DNA of 64,000 bases from Bacteroidia bacterium (GCA_965279035.1 OZ257142.1:928001-992000), one strand, 5' to 3'. Counted from the stretch's first letter, positions 50,212 through 60,596 are shown. Made by a program: numbers and translations. Notes: a model not told the origin generated them from the sequence alone.

Positions 50212-50688
50212 ATGGAAAATCTCACGATTTCGCTTCGAACCTTAATTCTAAGTGATTTGCCCTTATTGAGAAAAATAGAACTTGATCCTGATAACAAACA
50301 ATATTCAACATTAGAACAACCATCAGAGAAAGACCTTCTTGATTTTTTAAATTCAGAGCATAATTATTATTTAAATAAACAAATTCGATATGTTATTCTA
50401 GTGGATGGTATAGGAGTAGGTTTTGTTGATTTATCGGATGCTACACTTGATTATAAAACAGCTTCTACTGGAATAATAATTCTTCCTGAATGGCGAAGAA
50501 AAAGAATTGCTTTAAAGGCACTTCAATTATTAATTGAAAAATCTCGGAAATTAAATATCAATAAATTAGAAGCACTTATTTTATTTGATAACAAATCCAG
50601 TATTCAATTATATTCGAAAGCAGGCTTCCAATTGGAAGAAATTAAAGATGAATTTTATTTATATTCATTGGATTTATTGAATGTTTAA
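50212..50688 (+). CDS. GNAT (RimJ/SpeG-like) N-acetyltransferase
   Basis: ISLRTL, VGFVDL, WRRKRIA (acetyl-CoA motif) and N.SSIQLYSKAGF. Confidence 0.82.
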   Translation: MENLTISLRTLILSDLPLLRKIELDPDNKQYSTLEQPSEKDLLDFLNSEHNYYLNKQIRYVILVDGIGVGFVDLSDATLDYKTASTGIIILPEWRRKRIALKALQLLIEKSRKLNINKLEALILFDNKSSIQLYSKAGFQLEEIKDEFYLYSLDLLNV

Positions 50689-52720
50689 ATCGAATATGAG
50701 ATATAGTATTAAGTCTTTTAGGTACCGAATTAAAACACTACTAACTATATGTTGCATCCTTATTTTAGTTTCGATTATTTCCTATTGTAGTTCAACGGAT
50801 GAGCAAGCGAATAATAAATCCTATCTCAATCTAAACGACACCGTTTCTTATGTTGGAATGGAAACCTGTAAGCAATGTCATGGACAAATTCATGCTACAT
50901 TTTCTCAAACGGGCATGGGTAAATCGTTCGAGAAAGCAAGTCGATCCAAAAGCTCAGGAGATTTTAATAATGCTCATTCTGTTTATGATAAAGCATTGAA
51001 TCTTTGGTATAAACCTATTTGGGAAAATGATTCTTTAATTATTGTTGAATATCGAATACAAGGGAAAGACACGATTCATTTTCGCAAGCAAAAAATTCAA
51101 TACATCATTGGTTCTGGTCAACACACCAACTCCCATTTATTTTCCGAAAATGGGTATTTATTTCAAGCACCTCTCACCTTTTATACTCAAGATAATCGTT
51201 GGGATTTACCACCCGGATTTGAGAATGGTGAAAATTCACGATTTAATCGAATCATTGGATTAGAATGCATGTCGTGTCATAATGGCTATCCTCAAATGGT
51301 AAAGGGTTCTGAAAATAAATTTAAAAGCCTGCCCAACGGAATTGATTGTGAACGTTGTCATGGACCAGGTGGAATTCATGTTGCAGAAAAACGTAAAGGA
51401 ATAACGGTCGACACAAGTAAAGTGATTGATTATACTATTGTAAATCCAGGAAAGCTCTCAGTTGATTTGCAATTTGATTTATGTCAACGCTGTCACCTTC
51501 AGGGCAATGCTGTATTAAGGGAAGGGAAATCATTCTTCGACTTTAAACCGGGTATGCATTTAAACGAAGTGATGCGAATTTATTTACCACGATATGAAAA
51601 TGACGAAAATTCCTTCATCATGGCATCGCATGCTGATCGCTTAAAGCAGAGTAGGTGTTTTATTGAAATGGCAAAAAGAGAAGGTGCAACAAATGAATTA
51701 AGGCCTTATAAAAATGCACTTACTTGTGTGACTTGTCATAATCCGCACATCAGTGTAAATAAAACTACCCAAGACCATTTTATTCAAAAATGCACAAGCT
51801 GTCATACAAATGGGAAAGAGGATATATGTTCCGAAAAACCGGAAATTCAAAAATCAAAAAATAATAATTGTATAAGCTGTCACATGCCTGTAAGTGGCTC
51901 CATTGATATTCCACATGTGCGAATTCATGACCATTATATTCGCAAACAACCAGAGAAAATAATAGAAAATAAAGAGAAAAAACTAAAAAGTTTACAGTGT
52001 ATAAATGATAATACAAAGGATGATGTAAGTATGGCGAAAGCTTATCTCCAGCAATTTGAAAAATTCCAATCCGATCAAATTTCATTATTGGATAGTGCCG
52101 AAAAATACCTTGGTAAAAAGGGTGAACTTGAGTTAAAAAAGAATTTCAATTTATTTGTTCAGCTTCATTATTTACGTCACGATTTTAAAGCAGTAATTCA
52201 ACTTGTTTCTAAAATCGGGAAGAATGTATTGAGAGATGAAATCCTCAAAAAGCAATCATGGTCTAATCAAGATGCCTGGACTGCTTATCGGATAGGAGAA
52301 TCGTATTCCTCATTCAATCAATGGGCAGAAGCAGAATATTTTTACACGATTGCCAATAAACTCGCGCCCTATTATTTTGAATTCACGAATAAACAGGGAG
52401 TTGCTTTAATGAAAAACCAGAAACAACGTGAAGCGAAGAAACTGTTTTCAACACTCATAAAAGAAAATCCATCTTACGCTCCTGGCTGGACGAATTATGG
52501 ATATATACGTTTGTTAGAAGGTGCAGCGGAAGATGCTGAACTAGCATATAATAAAGCAATTTCTTTAGATCCAGATTATGTTTTAGGGTATCTTAATTTA
52601 ACTGGACTTTATTTATATCGGGGAGATGAATTGAAAGCAAAAGAAATTTTGAAAAAGATTTTAGTCATTGACCCACAAAATAGTCAAGCAAAAGAAATTC
52701 TCTTTTCGTTGAGAGAATAG
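50681..52720 (+). CDS. Multiheme (7x CxxCH) cytochrome c with C-terminal TPRs; predicted exported or lipoprotein
   Basis: CKQCH, CMSCH, CERCH, CQRCH, CVTCH, CTSCH and CISCH. Hydrophobic leader ending ISYC (the start may be 50696). TPR repeats in the last ~150 aa. Confidence 0.88.
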   Translation: MFKSNMRYSIKSFRYRIKTLLTICCILILVSIISYCSSTDEQANNKSYLNLNDTVSYVGMETCKQCHGQIHATFSQTGMGKSFEKASRSKSSGDFNNAHSVYDKALNLWYKPIWENDSLIIVEYRIQGKDTIHFRKQKIQYIIGSGQHTNSHLFSENGYLFQAPLTFYTQDNRWDLPPGFENGENSRFNRIIGLECMSCHNGYPQMVKGSENKFKSLPNGIDCERCHGPGGIHVAEKRKGITVDTSKVIDYTIVNPGKLSVDLQFDLCQRCHLQGNAVLREGKSFFDFKPGMHLNEVMRIYLPRYENDENSFIMASHADRLKQSRCFIEMAKREGATNELRPYKNALTCVTCHNPHISVNKTTQDHFIQKCTSCHTNGKEDICSEKPEIQKSKNNNCISCHMPVSGSIDIPHVRIHDHYIRKQPEKIIENKEKKLKSLQCINDNTKDDVSMAKAYLQQFEKFQSDQISLLDSAEKYLGKKGELELKKNFNLFVQLHYLRHDFKAVIQLVSKIGKNVLRDEILKKQSWSNQDAWTAYRIGESYSSFNQWAEAEYFYTIANKLAPYYFEFTNKQGVALMKNQKQREAKKLFSTLIKENPSYAPGWTNYGYIRLLEGAAEDAELAYNKAISLDPDYVLGYLNLTGLYLYRGDELKAKEILKKILVIDPQNSQAKEILFSLRE

Positions 52721-52772
52721 TTTTTCAATGTGCTGAATTATCTTTTTGAATCCTTTATTTTTGGAAACCCTT

Positions 52773-53861
52773 ATGGCAAAAAAAAGGAGTAAAGAGCTTT
52801 CGAAACGGAGGACATCAAAAGGTAAATCAGGAAGCTTTAAGCGCTTATTTCTAGCTCTTGGAGTGATTGTATTTATCTCCTTATGCATTTCATTTGGATA
52901 TTATTACAATCGTGTATTTCGCCCCAATTTAACTTTAGGTCAGCAAAAAACCGACTTCGTTTATATTCGAAGTACTGATTCATTTATTGACGTTGTAAAT
53001 CAACTCACCGAAAGAGGAATGTTACGAAACAGAGAATCGTTTATTTGGCTTTCTTCTTTTATGGATTACGATAAAAAGGTAAAAGCAGGACGCTTTCGAG
53101 TGAAAGATGGAATGAGCAACAGAGAGTTAGTTATGTTGCTCCGTTCGGGAAGACAAGAACCTATTCGAATCACCTTTCAAAATATACGAACCAAAGAAGA
53201 TTTAGCGAGTAAAGTTGGGCGTAATCTAGAAGCCGATTCATCCTCCGTGATGGAACTTTTAAATGATAGATCGCAGATGCAGCAATACGGATTAGATCCT
53301 CAACATGCGCTTTCTTTATTCATGCCCGATACCTACGAATTTTATTGGAATACAACTGCTCCCAAGTTTATAGATAAAATGGGAGTTACCTATTCGAAAT
53401 TCTGGACCGAAGAGCGATTAAATAAAGCAACACAAATGGGTTTAAGCCGAGGAGAAGTATGTGTTTTGGCTTCCATCATTGTTCAAGAGTCCAATAAAGC
53501 CGACGAATGGCCTATCATTGCAGGTGTGTATCTAAATCGACTTCATAAAGGAATGAAATTGCAAGCCGATCCAACCGTGAAATTTGCATTGAATGATTTT
53601 ACAATCAGGAGAATTCGTTCCAATCATCTTCAAGTTGAATCAGCCTATAATACCTACAAATATTCAGGATTGCCGCCCGGTCCCATTTACATGACAGGGA
53701 AAGGAAGTATTGATGCCGTTTTGAATTATCAATCACATAATTACCTTTACTTCTGTGCTCGGCCCGACCGATCAGGATATCATTCTTTTGCAGTTACATT
53801 TGAACAACATAAACAAAATGCACGAAGCTATCAGTCAAGTCTGAATGATCGTGGAATTTAA
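52773..53861 (+). CDS. mltG: Endolytic peptidoglycan transglycosylase MltG
   Basis: Start moved to ATG 52773; TATTTTTG at 52756-52763. N-terminal TM, PDTY, LASIIVQE, YLNRL, LQADPT, YNTYKYSGLPPGPI and YLYF. Confidence 0.95.
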   Translation: MAKKRSKELSKRRTSKGKSGSFKRLFLALGVIVFISLCISFGYYYNRVFRPNLTLGQQKTDFVYIRSTDSFIDVVNQLTERGMLRNRESFIWLSSFMDYDKKVKAGRFRVKDGMSNRELVMLLRSGRQEPIRITFQNIRTKEDLASKVGRNLEADSSSVMELLNDRSQMQQYGLDPQHALSLFMPDTYEFYWNTTAPKFIDKMGVTYSKFWTEERLNKATQMGLSRGEVCVLASIIVQESNKADEWPIIAGVYLNRLHKGMKLQADPTVKFALNDFTIRRIRSNHLQVESAYNTYKYSGLPPGPIYMTGKGSIDAVLNYQSHNYLYFCARPDRSGYHSFAVTFEQHKQNARSYQSSLNDRGI

Positions 53862-53871
53862 TAATCACACT

Positions 53872-55278
53872 ATGACAAAGATTAAGTTTGGAACAGATGG
53901 CTGGCGTGCCATTATTGCCGAAGAATTTACAGTTGAAAATGTTGCTCGCGTTTCGGAAGCAACTGCCATTTGGTTGAAGAAAAATAATGCTTCACCTTCG
54001 GTTGTTATCGGTCACGACTGTCGATTTGCAGGTGAGCTATTTGCCGAAACTACCGCGAAAGTGATGATAAGTCATGGTGTTAAAGTATACTTAGCTAAAG
54101 GCTTTGTTTCAACACCGATGGTTTCGATGGGAGCAATCTCTTACAAAGCAAACTTAGGTGTAGTTTTAACAGCGAGTCATAATCCACCTTCCTACAATGG
54201 ATTTAAATTAAAAGGGAGTTATGGCGGACCATTGCTTCCAGATAAAATTGATGAAATAGAAGCCATCATACCAGAAATTGCTAATGCGAGTTGGAAAACA
54301 GTTTCACTTTCTGATGCAGAGAAATCGGGAGCTTGTGTTATTGTGGATTTGGAAAGTGATTATTGCAAACGCGTTGAAGAAAGCTTTGACTTAGAAGCTA
54401 TTCGGAATTCGAATTTGGAATTTGCTTACGATGCCATGTTTGGTGCTGGACAAAACGTAATTCGTCGATTGCTTCCAAATACAACATTGCTTCATTGTGA
54501 TTATAATCCTTCATTCGAAGGACAAGCTCCTGAACCGATTGCTAAAAATCTAACGGAATTTTCTGAGATGATTCGTTTGTCGGGAAATATCGATTGTGGT
54601 TTAGCTACCGATGGCGATGCTGATCGTATTGGACTATTTGATAGCGAAGGAAAATTTGTTGATTCTCACCACATCATACTTTTGTTAATCCATTATCTGA
54701 AGAAATACAAAGGGCTTGACGGTAAAGTGTGCACTGCTTTTTCATCAACTGTAAAAGTGAAAACCATGTGCGATTTTTATGGTTTGGACCTCGATGTTGT
54801 GAAGATCGGCTTCAAATACATTGCTGGAATTATGATTACAGATGATGTTCTTTTAGGTGGAGAAGAATCTGGAGGAATTGCAATCAAAGGACACATTCCT
54901 GAACGTGATGGAATTTGGATGGGCTTAGTGATTTGGGAATTCATGGCGAAATCGGGCAAAACGCTCGATCAGCTAATTGAAGAAGTGTATGAAATAACCG
55001 GCGCTTTTAGTGTTGATCGAAATGATTTGCATTTGGAAGAATCGGAGAAGCAACGCGTTATTGCATCTTGTAAAAATGGTGAAGTAAAAACAATTGGCAA
55101 CCGTCCTGTTATTCGTGTTGAAGACATGGATGGCTATAAGTTTTTCGTGAGTGAAGATGAATGGCTGATGGTTCGTCCTTCAGGTACTGAGCCATTATTA
55201 CGCGTGTATGCCGAAGCGCATGATCATGCTGGTGTATTGAAACTCATTGGAGATGCACGTAAGCAGTTTGGAATATGA
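53872..55278 (+). CDS. Phosphoglucomutase/phosphomannomutase family protein
   Basis: KFGTDGWR, TASHNP, DGDADR, GGEESGG and RPSGTEPLLR. Confidence 0.95.
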   Translation: MTKIKFGTDGWRAIIAEEFTVENVARVSEATAIWLKKNNASPSVVIGHDCRFAGELFAETTAKVMISHGVKVYLAKGFVSTPMVSMGAISYKANLGVVLTASHNPPSYNGFKLKGSYGGPLLPDKIDEIEAIIPEIANASWKTVSLSDAEKSGACVIVDLESDYCKRVEESFDLEAIRNSNLEFAYDAMFGAGQNVIRRLLPNTTLLHCDYNPSFEGQAPEPIAKNLTEFSEMIRLSGNIDCGLATDGDADRIGLFDSEGKFVDSHHIILLLIHYLKKYKGLDGKVCTAFSSTVKVKTMCDFYGLDLDVVKIGFKYIAGIMITDDVLLGGEESGGIAIKGHIPERDGIWMGLVIWEFMAKSGKTLDQLIEEVYEITGAFSVDRNDLHLEESEKQRVIASCKNGEVKTIGNRPVIRVEDMDGYKFFVSEDEWLMVRPSGTEPLLRVYAEAHDHAGVLKLIGDARKQFGI

Positions 55279-56180
55279 TAATTAGAAAATGGTTGTCATT
55301 GATTGGACTTAGCCTATTGCTAGGGAATTCGTTAGCACAAGCTCAAACAATTACTACAATTGAGGTTGAATCTCAAGGGACAATTACATTTAGTCCTGAT
55401 AGTTTTGTAGTAAAAATATTCTTGGATTATTCTTCGATAAATATCTCAGATCGTCTAAGTGAAGAGAGATTCTCCGAGGAAATTGTCGATGTGCCCGTTG
55501 AAACGTATATGTCGGAAATGGACTTTAATACAGTTGTTGAAGATGCTAGCCCTCCTGTAATTGAGGAGGAAAAATCGCCTGAGCAATCACGTTTGGAACG
55601 TGAGCGATATCGAAGAATGGAAGATTCACTGCAATCAATAAAAGAAAAACGCTTGCTCGAATTCATGACAAAAATTAAATCATTGGGAGTTCTCTTTCCA
55701 AAAACTGATTCGGAGCAGTCGGGATATCGTTTTCGTTCAAATTCGTGGGTGCAGAATTTCACTTCTACTCAGTACAGAGAAATCGATTCATTAAGCAGAC
55801 AATACGGTCGTCCTTTAAGTATGGAAATGATTGATATTAAAATGAAAAATCATGATATATTAAAAGAAGGTGCTTACCGTCAAGCGATTGAAAATAGTAA
55901 AAAAGAGGCGGAGATTTTGGCGAAAGCGATGGGCCGAAAAGTGGGTAAAATGGCAAATGTTAAAACCGAAGCTATTGACGTGATGGATTTACTTCCAATG
56001 ATGCTGCGAAAGGAAATTCAGCGTGAGGTTCGAAAGAGTGATCGTTTCATGCAACCAACACTATATCAACTTAACCAAGAGCTTGGGACTGATTTGTTTG
56101 ATAAAGATCGATATGATAATAAGCAGACCATATTTTGGACTTGGACTGAAAAGATTCATGTCACATATCTTTTGAATTAG
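55275..56180 (+). CDS. SIMPL (DUF541)-like secreted protein
   Basis: Signal peptide, TIEVESQGTITFSPD and AYRQAIENSKKEAEILAKAMG.KVG, with an acidic insertion. Confidence 0.62.
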   Translation: MIIRKWLSLIGLSLLLGNSLAQAQTITTIEVESQGTITFSPDSFVVKIFLDYSSINISDRLSEERFSEEIVDVPVETYMSEMDFNTVVEDASPPVIEEEKSPEQSRLERERYRRMEDSLQSIKEKRLLEFMTKIKSLGVLFPKTDSEQSGYRFRSNSWVQNFTSTQYREIDSLSRQYGRPLSMEMIDIKMKNHDILKEGAYRQAIENSKKEAEILAKAMGRKVGKMANVKTEAIDVMDLLPMMLRKEIQREVRKSDRFMQPTLYQLNQELGTDLFDKDRYDNKQTIFWTWTEKIHVTYLLN

Positions 56181-56202
56181 TACCTTTTAGATTGTTTTTA
56201 GG

Positions 56203-56235
56203 AATCTCGGTTGCATTCGTAATCGGGATTTTTTT
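56203..56235 (+). terminator. Probable intrinsic terminator
   Basis: AATCTCGGTTGC-attc-GTAATCGGGATT (with G-U pairs) followed by a T-run. Confidence 0.65.
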
Positions 56236-56359
56236 ATGAATACTAAAACCGATATTCTTCCTTAGATTAATTCTGATTGGTATCGTTTCTTCGGTTTTAT
56301 TTCAGAGTTGAATGAATCTAGAAGAATGATTAAACTTTTGTAATCATTGTCAATTGGGT

Positions 56360-56398
56360 AAAAAAATAAAGCCTTGCTGAATGAACAACAAGGCTTTA
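56360..56398 (-). terminator. Intrinsic terminator of trmD-rplS
   Basis: TAAAGCCTTG/CAAGGCTTTA stem with an adjacent A-run (U-tract on the - strand). Confidence 0.78.
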
Positions 56399-56422
56399 GT
56401 ATAAGAACAAAGCTTAAGTTGG

Positions 56423-56770
56423 CTATACCATCTTTTCTTTGATACGAGCTTTTTTACCTTTCAGATCGCGGATGTAGAAAATTCGTGCACGACGAACAAC
56501 ACCACGCTTATTCACTTCGATTTTATCGATGAAAGGAGAATTGTCAGGAAAGATACGCTCTACTCCTAAGCTGTTTGAAATTTTACGAACGGTGAACGTA
56601 CGAGTAACTCCAGCACCTTTACGTTGAATAACAACGCCTTGGTATTGCTGAATACGCTCTTTTTCACCTTCTTTAATTTTATAATGAACAGTGATGGTAT
56701 CTCCGGCTTTGAAAGCTGGAAGCTCACGTTTCTCGATAAGCTGACTGGCAATTTGTGAAAGGAAGTCCAT
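56423..56770 (-). CDS. rplS: 50S ribosomal protein L19
   Basis: Start moved to ATG 56770. [32 protein letters not shown] and [10 protein letters not shown]. Confidence 0.97.
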   Translation of the reverse strand: MDFLSQIASQLIEKRELPAFKAGDTITVHYKIKEGEKERIQQYQGVVIQRKGAGVTRTFTVRKISNSLGVERIFPDNSPFIDKIEVNKRGVVRRARIFYIRDLKGKKARIKEKMV

Positions 56771-56850
56771 TGTGATTTTCCTACTGGTTTCTAAAAAGGA
56801 GTGCAATATTAGGGAAATATTCCTTTCAAACTGCAAACAAATTGAAAAAA

Positions 56851-57528
56851 TTATTCATCCAATAAATCTGGCCTACGGATACGTGTCCTCTCAAGTGATT
56901 GTTCAAAGCGCCATTGGTCAACTGCTGGAGTATTTCCACTCAATAAAATATCAGGAACTTTCCAACCACGGTATTCTGCCGGACGCGTATAAACTGGTGG
57001 CGCCAATAAATTGTCCTGAAATGAATCGGTTAATGCAGATGTTTCGTCATTTAGAACACCTGGAATTAATCGAATAATCGCATCCGAAACAACCGCTGCG
57101 GCTAATTCACCTCCAGATAGTACATAATCACCAATGGAAATTTCACGTGTAATGAAATGTTCGCGTACACGTTCGTCAATTCCTTTATAATGTCCGCAAA
57201 CAATGGCAATGCGGTTTAAGGTTGAAAGTTGATTGGCTATCGATTGCTTAAAACGCTCTCCATCGGGAGTCATATAAAGGATCTCATCAAATTTCCCTTG
57301 AGCTTGTAAATGTTCAATGCATCGAACTATCGGATCCATCATCATCACCATTCCGGCTCCGCCACCAAAAGCGTAATCATCCACACTCTTATGTTTATCT
57401 TGAGAATAATCCCGAAGATTATTAATAAAAACACTCACCAATTCTTTCTGCTGCGCACGTTTTAAAATAGAATGTGCAAATGGGCTATCGAGAAGTTCCG
57501 GTAATACTGTTATGATATGAATTTCCAT
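56851..57528 (-). CDS. trmD: tRNA (guanine37-N1)-methyltransferase
   Basis: Start moved to ATG 57528. [33 protein letters not shown] and YTRP. Confidence 0.97.
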   Translation of the reverse strand: MEIHIITVLPELLDSPFAHSILKRAQQKELVSVFINNLRDYSQDKHKSVDDYAFGGGAGMVMMMDPIVRCIEHLQAQGKFDEILYMTPDGERFKQSIANQLSTLNRIAIVCGHYKGIDERVREHFITREISIGDYVLSGGELAAAVVSDAIIRLIPGVLNDETSALTDSFQDNLLAPPVYTRPAEYRGWKVPDILLSGNTPAVDQWRFEQSLERTRIRRPDLLDE

Positions 57529-57628
57529 CGCATGCGAAATTAAGAGATTTAAGAAAGCGATGATTGGGTACATTTGTCGCCACTGTTTTATCTCTTTCCC
57601 TTTATATTTGCTTGCAAGATTGAATTTC

Positions 57629-58624
57629 ATGAACGATCAAAGACCAAACATTAGCAAGGAACAAATCCTTGAAATCTATAAGAAACCATTGTTAGAACTG
57701 GTATTCGAAGCAGCAACAATCCATCGCCAATACAATGTTGGTTCGGAAGTTCAAGTGAGTTCACTTATTTCTATCAAAACGGGTGGCTGCTCCGAAGACT
57801 GTGGATATTGTCCTCAAGCTGCGCGTTATTCAACCGGCTTGGAAGCACATAAACTGATGAGCGTAGAGCAAGTAACCGCCTATGCCAATAAAGCCAAAGA
57901 AGGTGGTGCTTCCCGTGTTTGTATGGGAGCTGCTTGGAGAGAAGTGCGCGATAATCGCGATTTTGATCGTGTGATTGAAATGGTTCAAGCGGTTAATTCG
58001 ATGGATATGGAAGTGTGTTGTACTTTAGGTATGATCACCGAACACCAAGCACAACGCTTAGCCGATGCAGGACTTTATGCCTATAATCACAACATTGATA
58101 CTTCCGAAGAGAATTACAGTAATATCATTTCAACTCGGAACTTTGATGATCGTTTGAATACAATCAAAAATGTCCGTAAGGCAAACATTACCGTATGTTC
58201 GGGTGGAATTATCGGACTTGGAGAAACAGAAGAAGATCGTTGTGGTATGCTTCATACACTTGTAAATCTTCCCGTACATCCTGAATCAGTTCCTATTAAT
58301 GCCTTGGTTGCAGTTGAAGGAACTCCTTTAGAAAATCAACCACCAGTCCCGATTTGGGATATGGTTCGTATGATTGCAACTACACGAATATTGATGCCTG
58401 AAACTATGGTGAGACTTTCGGCTGGTCGTCAACAAATGTCATTAGAAGGACAAGCTTTATGTTTTCTTGCAGGTGCCAATTCAATCTTTGCTGGTGAAAA
58501 GCTTTTGACAACACCGAATCCTGAATTTGACACGGATATGGAAATGTTCAAGATTTTTGGACTAACTCCAAAAGCTCCTTTTAAAGAAAAGAAACGGATC
58601 GTTGTGGAGGAATCAGTAAACTAA
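57629..58624 (+). CDS. bioB: Biotin synthase
   Basis: Start moved to ATG 57629; TATATTTG at 57603-57610. [37 protein letters not shown] and RLSAGR. Confidence 0.97.
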   Translation: MNDQRPNISKEQILEIYKKPLLELVFEAATIHRQYNVGSEVQVSSLISIKTGGCSEDCGYCPQAARYSTGLEAHKLMSVEQVTAYANKAKEGGASRVCMGAAWREVRDNRDFDRVIEMVQAVNSMDMEVCCTLGMITEHQAQRLADAGLYAYNHNIDTSEENYSNIISTRNFDDRLNTIKNVRKANITVCSGGIIGLGETEEDRCGMLHTLVNLPVHPESVPINALVAVEGTPLENQPPVPIWDMVRMIATTRILMPETMVRLSAGRQQMSLEGQALCFLAGANSIFAGEKLLTTPNPEFDTDMEMFKIFGLTPKAPFKEKKRIVVEESVN

Positions 58625-58638
58625 TTTGAATTTTTAAA

Positions 58639-59466
58639 ATGAAAGCTCTTATTCGACATCTCGTTTTGGGTTTTTCATTTTTAGTTCAATCACTTTCTGC
58701 CCAAGTTGCACCTGTTTATTCGGATCCATTAAATGTAGTTTCAACCCAAGACCCCATCTTAATTCAAGCAATGAATATGATGCGAGTTGGAGATTCTGAA
58801 GGAGCATTGCGTGTTTTGAAGAAGAATAAAACAGGCTCAGAAAATTCATATGCTTCTTATTTCTTAACGGGTGTAGCTTATCGTCAAGTAGGCGATTTAA
58901 CCGAAGCCATTCAGGCATTTACCCAATCGGTTCATGAAGATGGATTCTTTATTCCTGGCTTTTTCGAACGCGGAAATTGTTATTTATATCGACAGAATTT
59001 TGGCTTAGCCGTCTTCGATTATGATCGGGTTTTATTACTCGATAGTACATTTTTACCTGCGTATAATAACCGAGCTTATGCCCGAATACGCAATTATGGC
59101 GAACAAGGAAATCCAACTCAACAACTTAAATTTGCGAAAGCAGATTTGCTGAAGATTATTCAAATAACAGCTGCTCGGGGCGATGCTCCCCGTTTTGAAT
59201 ATTTTTTCAATATTGGATTAATCGATCTTTATTCATCCGAATATCGTTTGGCGGCTGATAGTTTTTCAAAGGCCATACTTGCTGATAGTACGGTTCCGAA
59301 ATCTTATTACTACCGCGGTGCTGCATTGTTTCTAGCTCGTTCGTATGAAGAAGCGGCAGTCGATTTTAGAAAGTCGGAAGAGATGGGATTTATTCATTCC
59401 AATACACCTGAATTTCTTCGAATCATCGATTTAGTGGAACATTATCAGCAGGAACATCACGAATGA
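58639..59466 (+). CDS. Secreted tetratricopeptide-repeat protein
   Basis: Signal peptide LSA-Q and several TPR helices (FERGNCY, AYNNRAYA, YYYRGAA). Confidence 0.85.
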   Translation: MKALIRHLVLGFSFLVQSLSAQVAPVYSDPLNVVSTQDPILIQAMNMMRVGDSEGALRVLKKNKTGSENSYASYFLTGVAYRQVGDLTEAIQAFTQSVHEDGFFIPGFFERGNCYLYRQNFGLAVFDYDRVLLLDSTFLPAYNNRAYARIRNYGEQGNPTQQLKFAKADLLKIIQITAARGDAPRFEYFFNIGLIDLYSSEYRLAADSFSKAILADSTVPKSYYYRGAALFLARSYEEAAVDFRKSEEMGFIHSNTPEFLRIIDLVEHYQQEHHE

Positions 59467-60596
59467 AGATTCACACAATTCCTGAGAATTTAATCAATCG
59501 TCTAAAAGAACGAGAAGAACAAGGATTATTCAGAAAACTTCGAAATACTGAAGGTTTGATTGACTTTTGTTCGAACGATTATTTGGGTTTAGCAAGAGAG
59601 GTTTCCATTCATGAACGAGTTGAAAATGCAAGCACTTCGTTTAAGTATCAACTAAATGGTTCAACTGGCTCCAGATTGATTCGAGGGAATTCCTTTCAAG
59701 CGGAAGAATTAGAAATAGAACTTGCCAACTTTCATCAAGATGAGTCGGCATTGCTTTTTAATTCAGGATATGATGCCAATCTGGGATTCTTTTCCAGTGT
59801 GCCTCAACGAAACGACACAATCTTATACGATAAATTCATACATGCTTCTGTGCATGATGGAATTCGATTGTCTTTTGCAAAATCACATGCATTCAAGCAC
59901 AATGATATTGATGATGCTCGGAGGTTAATTAAGCAATCGTCTGGACAAGTTTATATTACAGTTGAAAGTCTTTATTCGATGGACGGAGATTTTGCTCCTC
60001 TCCTCGAATTGGCCGATTTGTGTGCTCAAACAGGTGCACTTTTAGTAGTTGATGAAGCTCATGCCAATGGAGTTTTTGGACCCGAAGGAAGAGGATTAAC
60101 ATCTGACAAACGAATTGCTGAAGCTTGCATTGCACGAATTTTTACGTTTGGAAAAGCGCTCGGGGCACAAGGTGCTGTCGTAGTAGGATCTCAATTCCTT
60201 AAGGATTACCTGATAAATTTTGCCCGTTCGTTTATATATACTACGGCATTACCACTTTCAGATATTATCACCATTCAATCGGCTTATTCCTTTTTACGTT
60301 CAAATCCTGACCGAAGAGAATTCCTTTTTAATAATATTCAGTTTTACAAAGAGCAACAAAAGGGAATAAGTCATCTCCGATTTTTAGAAGCCGATGGTCC
60401 TGTTCAAGGAATTTACATGCGAAATAATAAGGAGGCAGTACGTGTATCAGAAGTGTTGAAGGAAAATGGATTTGATATTCGTGCAATTTTATCTCCCACA
60501 GTCCCAGCTGGTACTGAACGAATTCGTATTTGTATACATAGTTTTAATACTCCACTCGAGATTCAAAATCTCTTTGAATTACTGAAGGTTATTTAA
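59463..60596 (+). CDS. bioF: 8-amino-7-oxononanoate synthase
   Basis: FCSNDYLGL, GSTGSRL, SGYDAN, HAS, ESLYSMDGD, VDEAH, TFGKALG and PTVPAG..RIR. Confidence 0.92.
   Translation: MKIHTIPENLINRLKEREEQGLFRKLRNTEGLIDFCSNDYLGLAREVSIHERVENASTSFKYQLNGSTGSRLIRGNSFQAEELEIELANFHQDESALLFNSGYDANLGFFSSVPQRNDTILYDKFIHASVHDGIRLSFAKSHAFKHNDIDDARRLIKQSSGQVYITVESLYSMDGDFAPLLELADLCAQTGALLVVDEAHANGVFGPEGRGLTSDKRIAEACIARIFTFGKALGAQGAVVVGSQFLKDYLINFARSFIYTTALPLSDIITIQSAYSFLRSNPDRREFLFNNIQFYKEQQKGISHLRFLEADGPVQGIYMRNNKEAVRVSEVLKENGFDIRAILSPTVPAGTERIRICIHSFNTPLEIQNLFELLKVI

Noticed and set aside
24800-52700. Impression of lower GC in the central region, suggesting horizontal transfer
   Set aside because: Not quantified, and the region is mostly core genes (ffh, argS, ftsK, guaA) with no mobility genes or boundary repeats. 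A sliding-window GC and codon analysis would be needed.
57528-57630. Apparent head-to-head overlap of trmD and bioB (likewise 9192..9200, and the N-terminal extensions of rplS, speA and E2)
   Set aside because: An artefact of longest-ORF start selection. Downstream ATGs match family N-termini and -7 elements, which removes the overlaps.
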